Source of the DNA: Rebecca billardiae RCC1528
Lineage: Eukaryota; Protista; Haptophyta
Length of the DNA: 64,000 nt
Direction: 5' to 3'
NCBI GenBank assembly: GCA_965240325.2
Contig: OZ251223.1
Span: 1,488,001 to 1,552,000, forward strand
In this document: positions 1 to 9,507 of the stretch, piece after piece
How positions within the stretch are numbered: position 1 is the first letter of the stretch
How the letters are laid out: each line of letters opens with the position of its first letter
Translations under genes and position numbers: made by a program
Notes under the pieces: generated by a model
What the model was told of the DNA's origin: nothing
The model's input: only the letters and a program-made list of their open reading frames with translations
Database searches by the model: none

Positions 1-2311
1 GCGGCGCGCGGCGCGCGCGGCGTGGCGGCAGCGGCGCACGCGTGAGCGCGTGCGCGGCGCGGCGCGCGGCGATGCCAAAGCATCGACCAAGGCCGTGGCG
101 CGGCGTGCGCACGCGCACCTGGTGCTCGCAGATCTTGTCGTACGCCCACAGCTGCGTGCCGTACCCGCGCACGTGGTTGAGGTGCAGCCTCCGCCGCCGC
201 AGCAGCTCCGCCCTGAGCACCGCCAGCCGGTCCGGGTCGCTGAGTTCGACCGTGTATGCCATGCGCCGCACAAAGATGAGACGGTTGTGCTCGGCGCTCC
301 CCTCGAGCACGCGCGCCCAGCGGCGCTGCCCGAGGCGCAGCGGGGGCGCGAGGGAGCCGGCCACCTGCGCGCGGGGGCCCGCCTGCTCGCGCGACGCGGA
401 GCGCGAAGCCGCCGGCGCCGACGCTGACTCCGACAGCTGAGAGGCTGACTCGGCGGCGGCCTCGGCGGCGACCGCGCGCGCGCCGCCCGGCGCGGCCGGC
501 GCGGCCGGCGCGCCCTGCGCGCCCGAGTCGGCGGCTGAGGCCGCGGCGTCCGAGCGCTCGTCGCCGCCGAGCAGCCTCGCCTCCCACATCTGCAGCTGGA
601 GCATCAGCAGCATCAGCTGCGCCGTGCGCCGCCCGAGCACGCCGCGCCACCACACCTGCAGCCGCCTAACGGCCGCGCGCGGGCGCGCGAGGCATACGCG
701 CATGTCTGGCACTCGCGAGGAAGCTTCCAGGAAAGTTCCGATGGCGCTGACGGCGCGGCGCTTGATCGCGATGCGCGTGTACAGCCGGAGGCGCCAGGTC
801 GCGCCCTTGAGCACGCGCAGCTTCCGCATGAAGTCGTCCACCGAGCGCACGAGCACGATCTGCTTCACGGCGCGCTGGATGCGCGCGTGCGCGCGCGCGC
901 GCGCCTCCGCGTGCCGAGCCCAGCGCAGCGATCGGCTGAGCGCGGAGCTGAAGCGCGCGTGCACGGCGAGCATCACCCAGACGCTCGCCTGCCGCTGGCG
1001 CTCGCGCTCCTCCGCGCGGATCTGCTCCAGGTTCTCGAACCGCTCGATCCGCTGCCACAGCGCCGCCTTCCGCGCCTCCTCCGCCTCCGCGATCGACGCG
1101 CGTCGCTCCGCGTTGGCGCGCAGCGCGGCGTCGCGCGCGGCCGCGCGCCGCGCGGCGAGCTTGGCGGGCGGCGGCGTGGCCCACGCCTCGGCGCGGTTGC
1201 GCTCGACGTGGGGCAGGCTGCTCGGCATGCGCTCCTTCGCCATCTCATCCGCCTGCCGCACGAAGAGCTTGCGCGCCTCCTCGTCCTCGCGCAGCGTGCG
1301 AAGCTTCTCGGAAATTTCCGACGCGACCGCTCGCGACTGGTAGTTGGCCACCGGCTGCACGATGCGCCGAGTGTACGCGGCCGAGGCGCTCGCGTCGAAG
1401 GGCGAGGCGCGCTTGCGCCGCGCGGCGGCGCCGCCGCCCTCCACCGCCGCCGCCGCCGTCTGCGCCCGCCCCAGCTGCTGCACCAGCGCGTGCGTCATCG
1501 GCGCCGCGCGCAGCGGGCCGCGGTGCCCATCCAGAGTGCTCGCGAGCGAGTGCAGGGCGTCCTCAAACGTGCGCGCGTGCTCGCGCGGCCCCTCGGCGCG
1601 CTCGGCGCGCAGGCCGGGCGGCGGCGACGCGCCGCGCGAGCCGTACGACGAGCCCTCGTCGCTGCTGCCCCCGAACAGCCCGCCCAGCGGCGACGCCGCG
1701 CGCTCGAGGGCGATCATCGCGCGGTTGGCGCGCCGCGTGAGCCCTGCCAGCGGTGAGGTCGCGCGCACGGATGGGAGCGAGGGCGAGAGCGTCGAGGGCG
1801 AGCGCGCGCGGCCGTCGACTGGGCTGCGCGCGCTCCTCCCGCGCCGCCGTCCGCGCGAATCGCCCCCGCTGCCCGCGCTCCCGCGCGACACTTGCTGCAG
1901 GTACACGCGAGAGCCTGCGCTGATGATCGAGGATGGCGCTGGGGACGTGCTCGGCCGCATCGAGCCGCCCGCGGAGTCGGGCGGCGTGCTCAGCTCGAGG
2001 TCGATCAGGTTGAGCCGCGACGCTCGCGACCGCCCGAGCGCGAGCGGCAGGGGGAGCGGCAGCACCCCCGGCGGAGGCGGAGGTGGCGGGCGGGGCGACT
2101 CTGCGATCGACGATACCGTTAGGACCGAGTCTGCAGCCAGCGAGGGCGGAGGTGTGGCCGCGAGGGAGCCGGCCGTGCCCGCGGTCGCCCGCCGACTCGC
2201 TGGCAGGCTGAGCCGCCGGCCGCCCGGCTGCGTCGGCCTCTTGCCCGCGCGCGGCACTCCCCCCGACGTCGCGGGCCGACCGTCGTCGCCGGCCGCGAGG
2301 GGCGTCACCAT
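1..2311 (-). CDS. Partial gene running off the left edge: coiled-coil, IQ-motif-containing hypothetical protein
   Basis: Not in the ORF track because no stop falls inside the window. Hand translation from the ATG at 2311 gives MVTPLAAGDD...EEARKAALWQRIERFENLEQIRAEERERQ...AVRRLQVWWRGVLGRR (IQ-like). Probable intron donor near 120. Confidence 0.6.
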   Translation of the reverse strand, partial: MVTPLAAGDDGRPATSGGVPRAGKRPTQPGGRRLSLPASRRATAGTAGSLAATPPPSLAADSVLTVSSIAESPRPPPPPPPGVLPLPLPLALGRSRASRLNLIDLELSTPPDSAGGSMRPSTSPAPSSIISAGSRVYLQQVSRGSAGSGGDSRGRRRGRSARSPVDGRARSPSTLSPSLPSVRATSPLAGLTRRANRAMIALERAASPLGGLFGGSSDEGSSYGSRGASPPPGLRAERAEGPREHARTFEDALHSLASTLDGHRGPLRAAPMTHALVQQLGRAQTAAAAVEGGGAAARRKRASPFDASASAAYTRRIVQPVANYQSRAVASEISEKLRTLREDEEARKLFVRQADEMAKERMPSSLPHVERNRAEAWATPPPAKLAARRAAARDAALRANAERRASIAEAEEARKAALWQRIERFENLEQIRAEERERQRQASVWVMLAVHARFSSALSRSLRWARHAEARARAHARIQRAVKQIVLVRSVDDFMRKLRVLKGATWRLRLYTRIAIKRRAVSAIGTFLEASSRVPDMRVCLARPRAAVRRLQVWWRGVLGRRTAQLMLLMLQLQMWEARLLGGDERSDAAASAADSGAQGAPAAPAAPGGARAVAAEAAAESASQLSESASAPAASRSASREQAGPRAQVAGSLAPPLRLGQRRWARVLEGSAEHNRLIFVRRMAYTVELSDPDRLAVLRAELLRRRRLHLNHVRGYGTQLWAYDKICEHQVRVRTPRHGLGRCFGIAARRAAHALTRAPLPPRRARRAP

Positions 2312-2753
2312 CGTGAGTGCCGCGCCTCTGATACCGAGATCGGACGCGAGACGAAGAGAAACGGCGGCGCTCTCCCGGCGGCGGAAAGCGCGGCCGCCTT
2401 ACCATTCTTTATTTACATATTCGATCGGATTACGACCATCGCCTTGACATAGGCACCATTTATTCACAACAGATTGGGGTGCATAGCAGAGTTCATTCCT
2501 TTATAGAGTTGCAAACGTGTATGGGCTATGTGCGCACCGGTCGTAAAGCATATCTCGCCATTCTTTGTATTATCTGGATATATCACAGCCAATCTTGAAC
2601 CAAATGAGAATTTCTCAAATTCTCAAAAGTTCGTAGCCTAAAGAGGGGTCAAGCTGGAAAGCCCATCACTCATAAGCAACCGCCCTTGCCTTAAGCCTGT
2701 CACAAGCCTGGCCCAATCAACCAACGGCAACTCAGACACAGAAGTACTTTGCT

Positions 2754-2808
2754 AATCTCGCCTGCCTGAGCTGTACATGTGCGTCTCGTATTCTGACTGA
2801 GTGAACTG
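2754..2808 (-). mobile_element. Degenerate terminal inverted repeat (right end) of TIR family T1
   Basis: AATCTCGCCTGCCTGAGCTGTACATGTGCGTCTCGTATTC...AACTG matches the copies at 6122, 9160, 12200-12255 and 17023-17050. Confidence 0.7.
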
Positions 2809-2961
2809 TCGCTAACTATAGTGGTATGACGACATCAGTAGTTATAGCAATTCGAAGATTCATGAGCAGCCGGTCGTCAATGATGCCAGTGCATCACCGC
2901 GGTCCCAGCAATAATTATATATTATATATAATAATCTCATCAGCAGTCTGATTGGCAGCCG

Positions 2962-5900
2962 TCATGATGAATTCGTCATCAACGCAGCCGCAGCGCGCCA
3001 CTCCGTGCAGTGCGGCTTGTGCATTTTCCACGCGCTCCGCAGGTGCTCGCGGCAGCAGAAGACCGCCACGAGGCACCGCTCGCACTTCTTCACGCCACGG
3101 CCCGACTTGGCGCACACCATGCAGCACGCAGCGGCCACCTCGCGATCTACAGCATAGTCGCCGAGCACCTTGCTCGGATCCACCACGGAGCCGTCAAGCT
3201 CGTGCCCTCGGCGCAGCAGCCGCACTCCCTCAGCCACGTCGCGCTGCACGGCCCCGCCTGCAAGCAGCAGGCGCGCCAATGCCAAGTGGGCATGTGGCTG
3301 GCCGCCGTCGATGGCCAGCCGGAACCAGCGCGCCGCCTCAGCCATATCCTGCGGCACGCCCTCGCCTCGTTCGTAGCTCCTGCCCAGGTTGGCCTGCGCA
3401 ACTGCGTAGCCCTGCTCGGCCGCCAGCCGGTACAAGCGCACCGCCTCGGCCGTATCCTGCGGCATGCCCTCGCCTCGTTCGTGGCACCAGCCCAGGTTGT
3501 TCTGCGCAGCTGCAATGCCCTGCTCGGCCGCCAGCCGGTACAAGCGCACCGCCTCGGCCGTATCCAGCGGCACGCCCTTGCCTCGTTCGTAGCACAGGCC
3601 CAGGTTGGTCTGCGCAACTGCATTGCCCTGCTCGGCCGCCAGCCGATACCAGCGCACCGCCTCGGCCGTATCCTGCTGCACGCCCTCGCCTCGGTCGTAG
3701 CTCCTGCCCAGGTTGGCCTGCGCAACTGCATTGCCCTGCTCGGCCGCCAGCCGGTACAAGCGCACCGCCTCGGCCGTATCCTGTGGCACGCCCTCGCCTA
3801 AATTGTAGCACCTGCCCAGGCTGTACTGCCCAGCTGCATCGCCCTGCTCGGCCGCCAGCCGAAACAAGCGCACCGCCTCGGCCACATCCTGCGGCACGCC
3901 CTCGCCTCGTTCGTAGCTCCTGCCCAGGTTGACCTGCGCAACTGCGTAGCCCTGCTCGGCCGCCAGCCGGTACAAGCGCACCGCCTCGGCCGTATCCTGC
4001 GGCACGCCCTTGCCTCGTTCGTAGCACAGGCCCAGGTTGGTCTGCGCAGCTGCAATGCCCTGCTCGGCCGCCAGCCGGTACAAGCGCACCGCCTCGGCCG
4101 TATCCTGCGGCATGCCCTCGCCTCGTTCGTGGCACCAGCCCAGGTTGTTCTGCGCAGCTGCAATGCCCTGCTCGGCCGCCAGCCGGTACAAGCGCACCGC
4201 CTCGGCCGTATCCAGCGGCACGCCCTTACCTCGTTCGTAGCACAGGCCCAGGTTGGTCTGCGCAACTGCATTGCCCTGCTCGGCCGCCAGCCGATACCAG
4301 CGCACCGCCTCGGCCACATCCTGCGGCACGCCCTCGCCTCGGTCGTAGCTCCTGCCCAGGTTGGCCTGCGCAACTGCATTGCCCTGCTCGGCCGCCAGCC
4401 GGTACAAGCGCACCGCCTCGGCCGTATCCTGTGGCACGCCCTCGCCTAAATTGTAGCACCTGCCCAGGCTGTACTGCCCAGCTGCATCGCCCTGCTCGGC
4501 CGTCAGCCGAAACAAGCGCACCGCCTCGGCCACATCCTGCGGCACGCCCTCGCCTCGTTCGTAGCTCCTGCCCAGGTTGACCTGCGCAACTGCGTAGCCC
4601 TGCTCGGCCGCCAGCCGGTACAAGCGCACCGCCTCGGCCGTATCCTGCGGCACGCCCTTGCCTCGTTCGTAGCACAGGCCCAGGTTGGTCTGCGCAGCTG
4701 CATTGCCCTGCTCGGCCGCCAGCCGGTACCAGCGCATCGCCTCGGCCATATCCTGCGGCACGCCCTTGCCTCGTTCGTAGCACATGCCCAGGTTGGTCTG
4801 CGCAACTGCATTGCCCTGCTCGGCCGCCAGTCGATACAAGCGCACCGCCTCGGCCATATCCTGGGACACTCCCTCGCCTAAATTGTAGCACCTGCCCAGG
4901 CTGTACTGCCCAGCTGCATCGCCCTGCTCGGCCGCCAGCCGAAACAAGCGCACCGCCTCGACCACATCCTGCGGCACGCCCTCGCCTCGTTCGTAGCTCC
5001 TGCCCAGGTTGTTCTGCGCAACTGCAAAGCCCTGCTCGGCGGCCAGCCGGTACAAGCGCACCGCCTCGGCCACATCCTGCTGCACGCCCTCGCCTCGTTC
5101 GTAGCTCCTGCCCAGGTTGTTCTGCGCAACTGCAAAGCCCTGCTCGGCGGCCAGCCGGTACAAGCGCACCGCCTCGGCCACATCCTGCGGCACGCCCTCG
5201 CCTCGTTCGTAGCACCTGCCCAGGTTGTTCTGCGCAGCTGCATCGCCCTGCTCGGCCGCCAGCCGATACCAGCGCACCGCCTCGGCCACATCCTGCGGCA
5301 CGCCCTCGCCTCGTTCGTAGCTCCTGCCCAGGTTGTTCTGCGCAGCTGCAAAGCCCTGCTCGGCGGCCAGCCGGTACAAGCGCACCGCCTCGGCCACATC
5401 CTGCTGCACGCCCTCGCCTCGTTCGTAGCTCCTGCCCAGGTTGTTCTGCGCAACTGCAAAGCCCTGCTCGGCCGCCAGCCGATACCAGCGCACCGCCTCG
5501 GCCACATCCTGCGGCACGCCCTCGCCTCGTTCGTAGCTCCTGCCCAAGTTGGTCTGCGCAGCTGCATTACCCTGCTCGGTCGCCAGCCGGTACCAGCGCA
5601 CAGCCTCAGTCACATCCTGCGGCACGCCCTCGCCTCGTTCGTAGCGCATGCCCAGGTTGGTCTGCGCAGTTGCAAAGCCCTGCTCGGCTGCCAGCCGGTA
5701 CCAGCGCGCCGCCTCCACGAAATCCAGCGGCACGCCCTCGCCTCGTTCGTGGCACCAGCCCAGGTCGGTCTGCGCAGTTGCATCGCCCTGCTCGGCCGCC
5801 AGCCGGTACCAGCGCGCAGCCTCGGCCCAATTCGGGACGGCCGCCTCGATCTCGCCCAACCGTCGTTGCGCTTGCGCAAACCCACGATTCGCAGCTACGG

Positions 5901-6039
5901 TATAGAGGCGAGCCGCCTCGCCGACGTCCCGGGCGACGCCGTCGCCCGATTCGGTGCGCGTCGCCAGCAGGAAGGTCGCACGTGCGTCGCCCCGCCCCGC
6001 CCTGCGCCGGAGCATGCGGACCGCGGCATCGCCCGCCAT
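2962..6039 (-). CDS. SEL1-like repeat protein (23 x 36 aa) with C-terminal MYND-type zinc finger (paralogue A)
   Basis: Intronless 1025-aa ORF: 85-aa cap, 23 repeats of xAxAQxxLGxxYxRGEGVPQDxAEAVRxYRLAAEQG, and a 112-aa C-terminus with CxxC...CERC...FCCREH...WKxHKxHC. Confidence 0.93.
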   Translation of the reverse strand: MAGDAAVRMLRRRAGRGDARATFLLATRTESGDGVARDVGEAARLYTVAANRGFAQAQRRLGEIEAAVPNWAEAARWYRLAAEQGDATAQTDLGWCHERGEGVPLDFVEAARWYRLAAEQGFATAQTNLGMRYERGEGVPQDVTEAVRWYRLATEQGNAAAQTNLGRSYERGEGVPQDVAEAVRWYRLAAEQGFAVAQNNLGRSYERGEGVQQDVAEAVRLYRLAAEQGFAAAQNNLGRSYERGEGVPQDVAEAVRWYRLAAEQGDAAAQNNLGRCYERGEGVPQDVAEAVRLYRLAAEQGFAVAQNNLGRSYERGEGVQQDVAEAVRLYRLAAEQGFAVAQNNLGRSYERGEGVPQDVVEAVRLFRLAAEQGDAAGQYSLGRCYNLGEGVSQDMAEAVRLYRLAAEQGNAVAQTNLGMCYERGKGVPQDMAEAMRWYRLAAEQGNAAAQTNLGLCYERGKGVPQDTAEAVRLYRLAAEQGYAVAQVNLGRSYERGEGVPQDVAEAVRLFRLTAEQGDAAGQYSLGRCYNLGEGVPQDTAEAVRLYRLAAEQGNAVAQANLGRSYDRGEGVPQDVAEAVRWYRLAAEQGNAVAQTNLGLCYERGKGVPLDTAEAVRLYRLAAEQGIAAAQNNLGWCHERGEGMPQDTAEAVRLYRLAAEQGIAAAQTNLGLCYERGKGVPQDTAEAVRLYRLAAEQGYAVAQVNLGRSYERGEGVPQDVAEAVRLFRLAAEQGDAAGQYSLGRCYNLGEGVPQDTAEAVRLYRLAAEQGNAVAQANLGRSYDRGEGVQQDTAEAVRWYRLAAEQGNAVAQTNLGLCYERGKGVPLDTAEAVRLYRLAAEQGIAAAQNNLGWCHERGEGMPQDTAEAVRLYRLAAEQGYAVAQANLGRSYERGEGVPQDMAEAARWFRLAIDGGQPHAHLALARLLLAGGAVQRDVAEGVRLLRRGHELDGSVVDPSKVLGDYAVDREVAAACCMVCAKSGRGVKKCERCLVAVFCCREHLRSAWKMHKPHCTEWRAAAALMTNSS

Positions 6040-6121
6040 CGGTGACTTCTCGCGCCGGCGCGCCCTCGTTGAGTGGCCTTGCTGCGCACGCCTACGTATT
6101 TAATAAAGTACTCCGCCAGTA

Positions 6122-6430
6122 CAGTTTAATAAGAGACGTACACCAAAGGAAATGCACGTGTACAGCTCAGGCAGGCGAGATTGACGCCCGCCAACTGTCA
6201 CCGCCCAATGAAGCTGTGGCCGATGGTAGCGTTCAGCCGTCCGCCTGCGAGGCCTGGATGAGGGCTGCGGCCGCCTCGCGGCCAGTACCGCTCCATCGGC
6301 GGCCGGCGGCTTCGGACTCCTCACTCCTTTGGCCGGACTGCCCAGGGCGGCGGCGGCGGCCGTTGGCGCAGACGCGCCACGCCGTACTGTTTTCCCCCGC
6401 CCCCGCCGCTGCGAAGGCGGCGGGGGTGCG
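6122..6430 (+). mobile_element. Left end and subterminal fragment of TIR family T1
   Basis: TA|CAGTTT...AATAAGAGACG...ACAGCTCAGGCAGGCGAGATTGACGCCCGC. The following ~150 bp resembles 9215-9360. The right boundary is approximate. Confidence 0.65.
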
Positions 6431-6773
6431 CTGCTTGCCTCCGCAGGCGAGCAGCGAGCGGCTTACGCCGGGCACGTGGACCTGCCCACCCTTCATGTGA
6501 GTTGTCGTTGAGGTCCCAGGCATCAATGTTATTCAATCGCGCCCGCGCCGGGCCGCCCTGCTCGCGCGCGCCTCAGTACGCGCCGTCAGAGCTCCGACGC
6601 GCGCCGGGCGGGCGCCATCGAAGATATACGTACGCGCTACTCGCTAGCGTTATTTAAATATAAAAGCGTATCTTCCCCGCGGCCAACAAAGAGATACAGC
6701 AGTCCGACGACAGAATCATCGATCGTCAGAGTATATGCATGTACAATTTGGCGGCCCGCGGCGACGCGGGCGG

Positions 6774-8096
6774 CTACAGCCCGGCCCGCTGCTGCCCCAG
6801 CTCGACCCACTGCGGCCTGGCGCGCTCGCAGCCCGCCCCTGCGCGGTCGAGCCTGTCCTCGAGCAAGTGCACCCGCGCGCCGTGCACCGACTGCGCCACC
6901 GCGGCCGCCGTGAGCCCAAAGCCCGAGGGCGAGACGATGAGCGTCGGGCAGCGGGCGAGCAGCGCCCACTCGCCCATCTGCTGCGTGACCACGCGGCGGC
7001 GGCGCGCACTCGAGCCGCCGCCGGGGTCCTCCGCGTACGCGCGAAGCGCCGACCACGACCCTCCGCCCGCGCCCGAGTGCTGGGCGTCAAAGGCGGCGGT
7101 GCGGAGGCGGCGCGCGCCCAGCCGGCGCTGCGCGTCTGCGCGCAGCGAGGGCGAGTCCGTCGCGAGGTACCACACGCCGGGCGCGCCGCGCGCGCGGCCC
7201 ACGTCGCGCGCGCACTCGAAGAACGCGGCGAAGTCCTCCATCGTCAGGTTGCGCGCGTCGTCCGCTGTCAGCTCAGCGTCGGCCGCGGGCCCGCCGCCGC
7301 CGCCGCCGCCGCCGCGCGCGCGCGACGAGCGCGCGCCGCCGCGGAGCGCGCGCCGCTGCCTCTGGGTTCGGCCGCCGTGCGCGCGCGCCCTGCCCTGCCG
7401 CAGCAGCACGCCCGTGCGAATCTGCATGCACACCAGCCCCTCGTGCCGCGCCGAGCCCACCGCCGCGTCGCCGAGCACCCCGGCGACCGCCTCGTGCGCG
7501 CGCGCACTCGGCCGCAGCAGGAAGGAGAGCGCGCAAGCGCTCAGCGCGGTCGCCGACGCGGCGTGGGCGTGGGCGGGCATGCGTGCGGCCCACGGCTCGC
7601 GGGAGAGGAGGTGCGCGGTGATCCCACGATTGCCGACCAGCAGCTCCCACCGCGTCCGGTCGGCGCGCCCCGCCTCGATCTCGCGCAGGAAGGTGAGCAG
7701 GTGCTTGCCGTGCTGCATGAATTGAACAAGGGCGTACTCGCCTCCGCTGCGGCACACGCCCTTGTGCGCGCGCGCGAGGCAGTCGTCGAAGTCGTCGGCG
7801 CGCGCGACGGCGGCGAGCCCCGCCGGGAGCCCCTCGGCGCCGCCGCCCACCGCCCTCAGCCCGCTCCCCCACTCGATCGCGTCCGCCGCCTCCGGCCAGA
7901 AGACGAGCAGCGGCCGATCGTGGAGAAACGAGACCCAGAAGGCGGAGAGGAGGCCGGCGAGTACGTCGCCGATGCCGCGCGTCGGGCGGACGAACACTAC
8001 GCCGCCGCCGCCGCTGAGGCCACCGCGACGGTCGGCTTGCCGCCTCGCCCAGCTCTCGAGCCACTCCTGCCGCGTGCAGTTCGCGCCCGCCGCCAT
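6774..8096 (-). CDS. Putative fucosyltransferase (GT23/GT37/NodZ-like fold)
   Basis: Motifs GIGDVLAGLLSAFWVSFLHDRPLLVFW, VCMQIRTG, WYLATDS and EWALLARCPTLIVSPSGFG. ATG at 8096. Confidence 0.7.
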   Translation of the reverse strand: MAAGANCTRQEWLESWARRQADRRGGLSGGGGVVFVRPTRGIGDVLAGLLSAFWVSFLHDRPLLVFWPEAADAIEWGSGLRAVGGGAEGLPAGLAAVARADDFDDCLARAHKGVCRSGGEYALVQFMQHGKHLLTFLREIEAGRADRTRWELLVGNRGITAHLLSREPWAARMPAHAHAASATALSACALSFLLRPSARAHEAVAGVLGDAAVGSARHEGLVCMQIRTGVLLRQGRARAHGGRTQRQRRALRGGARSSRARGGGGGGGGPAADAELTADDARNLTMEDFAAFFECARDVGRARGAPGVWYLATDSPSLRADAQRRLGARRLRTAAFDAQHSGAGGGSWSALRAYAEDPGGGSSARRRRVVTQQMGEWALLARCPTLIVSPSGFGLTAAAVAQSVHGARVHLLEDRLDRAGAGCERARPQWVELGQQRAGL

Positions 8097-8158
8097 CGTG
8101 TGCCTGGCGGCGCCCAACGACAACTTGCTGACGAGTGTTGTTGGGCCGTGCAGCAGCG

Positions 8159-9121
8159 ATGGCGGCGGCCGGGTTCGACTGGCAGAGCGAGCTCGCGGCG
8201 GCGCCGCTTCGCCCGCTGCCGTGCGGCGACGGCGGCTCAAACCTGCTGTACGCGAAGCTGTGGCTCGCGGCCGCCTCTTCCGACGAGCAGGACGCCGACC
8301 CAGACCCGTTGTCCGTTCGCCACGCCCTGCTGCTGACAGATCTGCTGAACGTTTGGTGCGCGGCGCTCCCGTGGCGCGAGGCCCTCGACGCGCTGGACAG
8401 CGCGGAGGACAATCCGTCCGGCAGGGCGATGCCGTTCGCAGGGATGCTGCACAAAGTGCACGGCGTGATCTACGGCGACCCTGCCTCGCCAGACGAGGTG
8501 AGCATCGACACGTCCGATCGGTCTGCGCTTCGCGTGAAGGTTTGGATCAGCAAGCGCTGGCACGTGCCGTTCACGTGCCGAGTGCAGGAGCGCGAGGCCG
8601 CCGCGGCGCTCCTCCGCGAGCAGGTGACGCTGCCCGTGCTCCAGATCTGCGCCTTCCTGCTGCACCGCGCGCCCGCCCTCGCGGACGGCGGCGAGGGCGC
8701 GGTGAGCGACGCGCTCGTGCACGCGGCCGAGCACGACCTGCTCGACTTCAGCGGCGTCGTCGGGGACGTGTACTCGGCGCTGATGCGGCAGCGGGTCGCG
8801 CGCGCGCGCGCGGAGGGCGCGGCGGCGCTGGGTGCGGCGCCGGCCGCCGACGCCGCGCCTGCCGCCGCGCCGCCGGCCGGCGCTGACGAGGGCGAAGCAC
8901 AAGGGCCACAACCACCACCCGCGCGCACAGCAGAGTCGGCACCCGAGGCTGAGCATCAGCCGTGCCCTACACAGCCCAGCGAGCGCAGAGAGGCTTCATC
9001 GTCGGGTGATGCGGCGCCTGCGCCCAACCCCTTCCTTCGACCGGGCGGCGGCAACCCGTTCCGCTACTCGAAGCCTCTCAAGGCCAGCAAGCGCAGCCGG
9101 ACTGGCGGTGGCGGCTTCTGA
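8159..9121 (+). CDS. NHEJ1: XLF/Cernunnos (NHEJ1/Nej1)-like non-homologous end-joining factor
   Basis: The N-terminus LLYAKLW...HALLLTDLLNVW resembles the XLF head domain. A helical stalk and disordered tail follow, then a terminal basic/Phe Ku-binding-like motif KASKRSRTGGGGF. Confidence 0.65.
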   Translation: MAAAGFDWQSELAAAPLRPLPCGDGGSNLLYAKLWLAAASSDEQDADPDPLSVRHALLLTDLLNVWCAALPWREALDALDSAEDNPSGRAMPFAGMLHKVHGVIYGDPASPDEVSIDTSDRSALRVKVWISKRWHVPFTCRVQEREAAAALLREQVTLPVLQICAFLLHRAPALADGGEGAVSDALVHAAEHDLLDFSGVVGDVYSALMRQRVARARAEGAAALGAAPAADAAPAAAPPAGADEGEAQGPQPPPARTAESAPEAEHQPCPTQPSERREASSSGDAAPAPNPFLRPGGGNPFRYSKPLKASKRSRTGGGGF

Positions 9122-9446
9122 CGATGTGCAGCAAGTTTGGGGGTAGCTACTACTAACTACAGTTGACTAAGAATAAGAGACGCACACAGCTCAGGCAGGC
9201 GACATCAACGCCGTCGCCGATGGTAGCGCCGCCGTGCCCGTCGGAAGATTCATTCATCCGCCGAGCGGCCGAGCCGTCCGCCCTGCCGCCTGCGGCCTGC
9301 GAGGCCTCAGGGATTAGAGGGCTGCAGCCGCCTGCTGGCGCTGGCGCGCCGCCCGTCGCGGTCTAATCACTAATGAGACTCGCCCCACCGTGACCGTCGT
9401 CGTCCACAAAGCGTCGTCGTCCGAACTCTTCGACTTATAAATTCCC

Positions 9447-9449
<3 letters not shown>

Positions 9450-9504
<55 letters not shown>
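9450..9504. repeat. (TA)n microsatellite
   Basis: Direct reading; it abuts the 3' hairpin of the Helentron-like element. Confidence 0.97.

Positions 9505-9507
<3 letters not shown>

Noticed and set aside
2962-6039. CRISPR-like or DGR interpretation of the 108-bp repeats
   Set aside because: The repeats are contiguous in-frame coding units with no spacers. There is no reverse transcriptase or cas gene, and variation is not adenine-specific.
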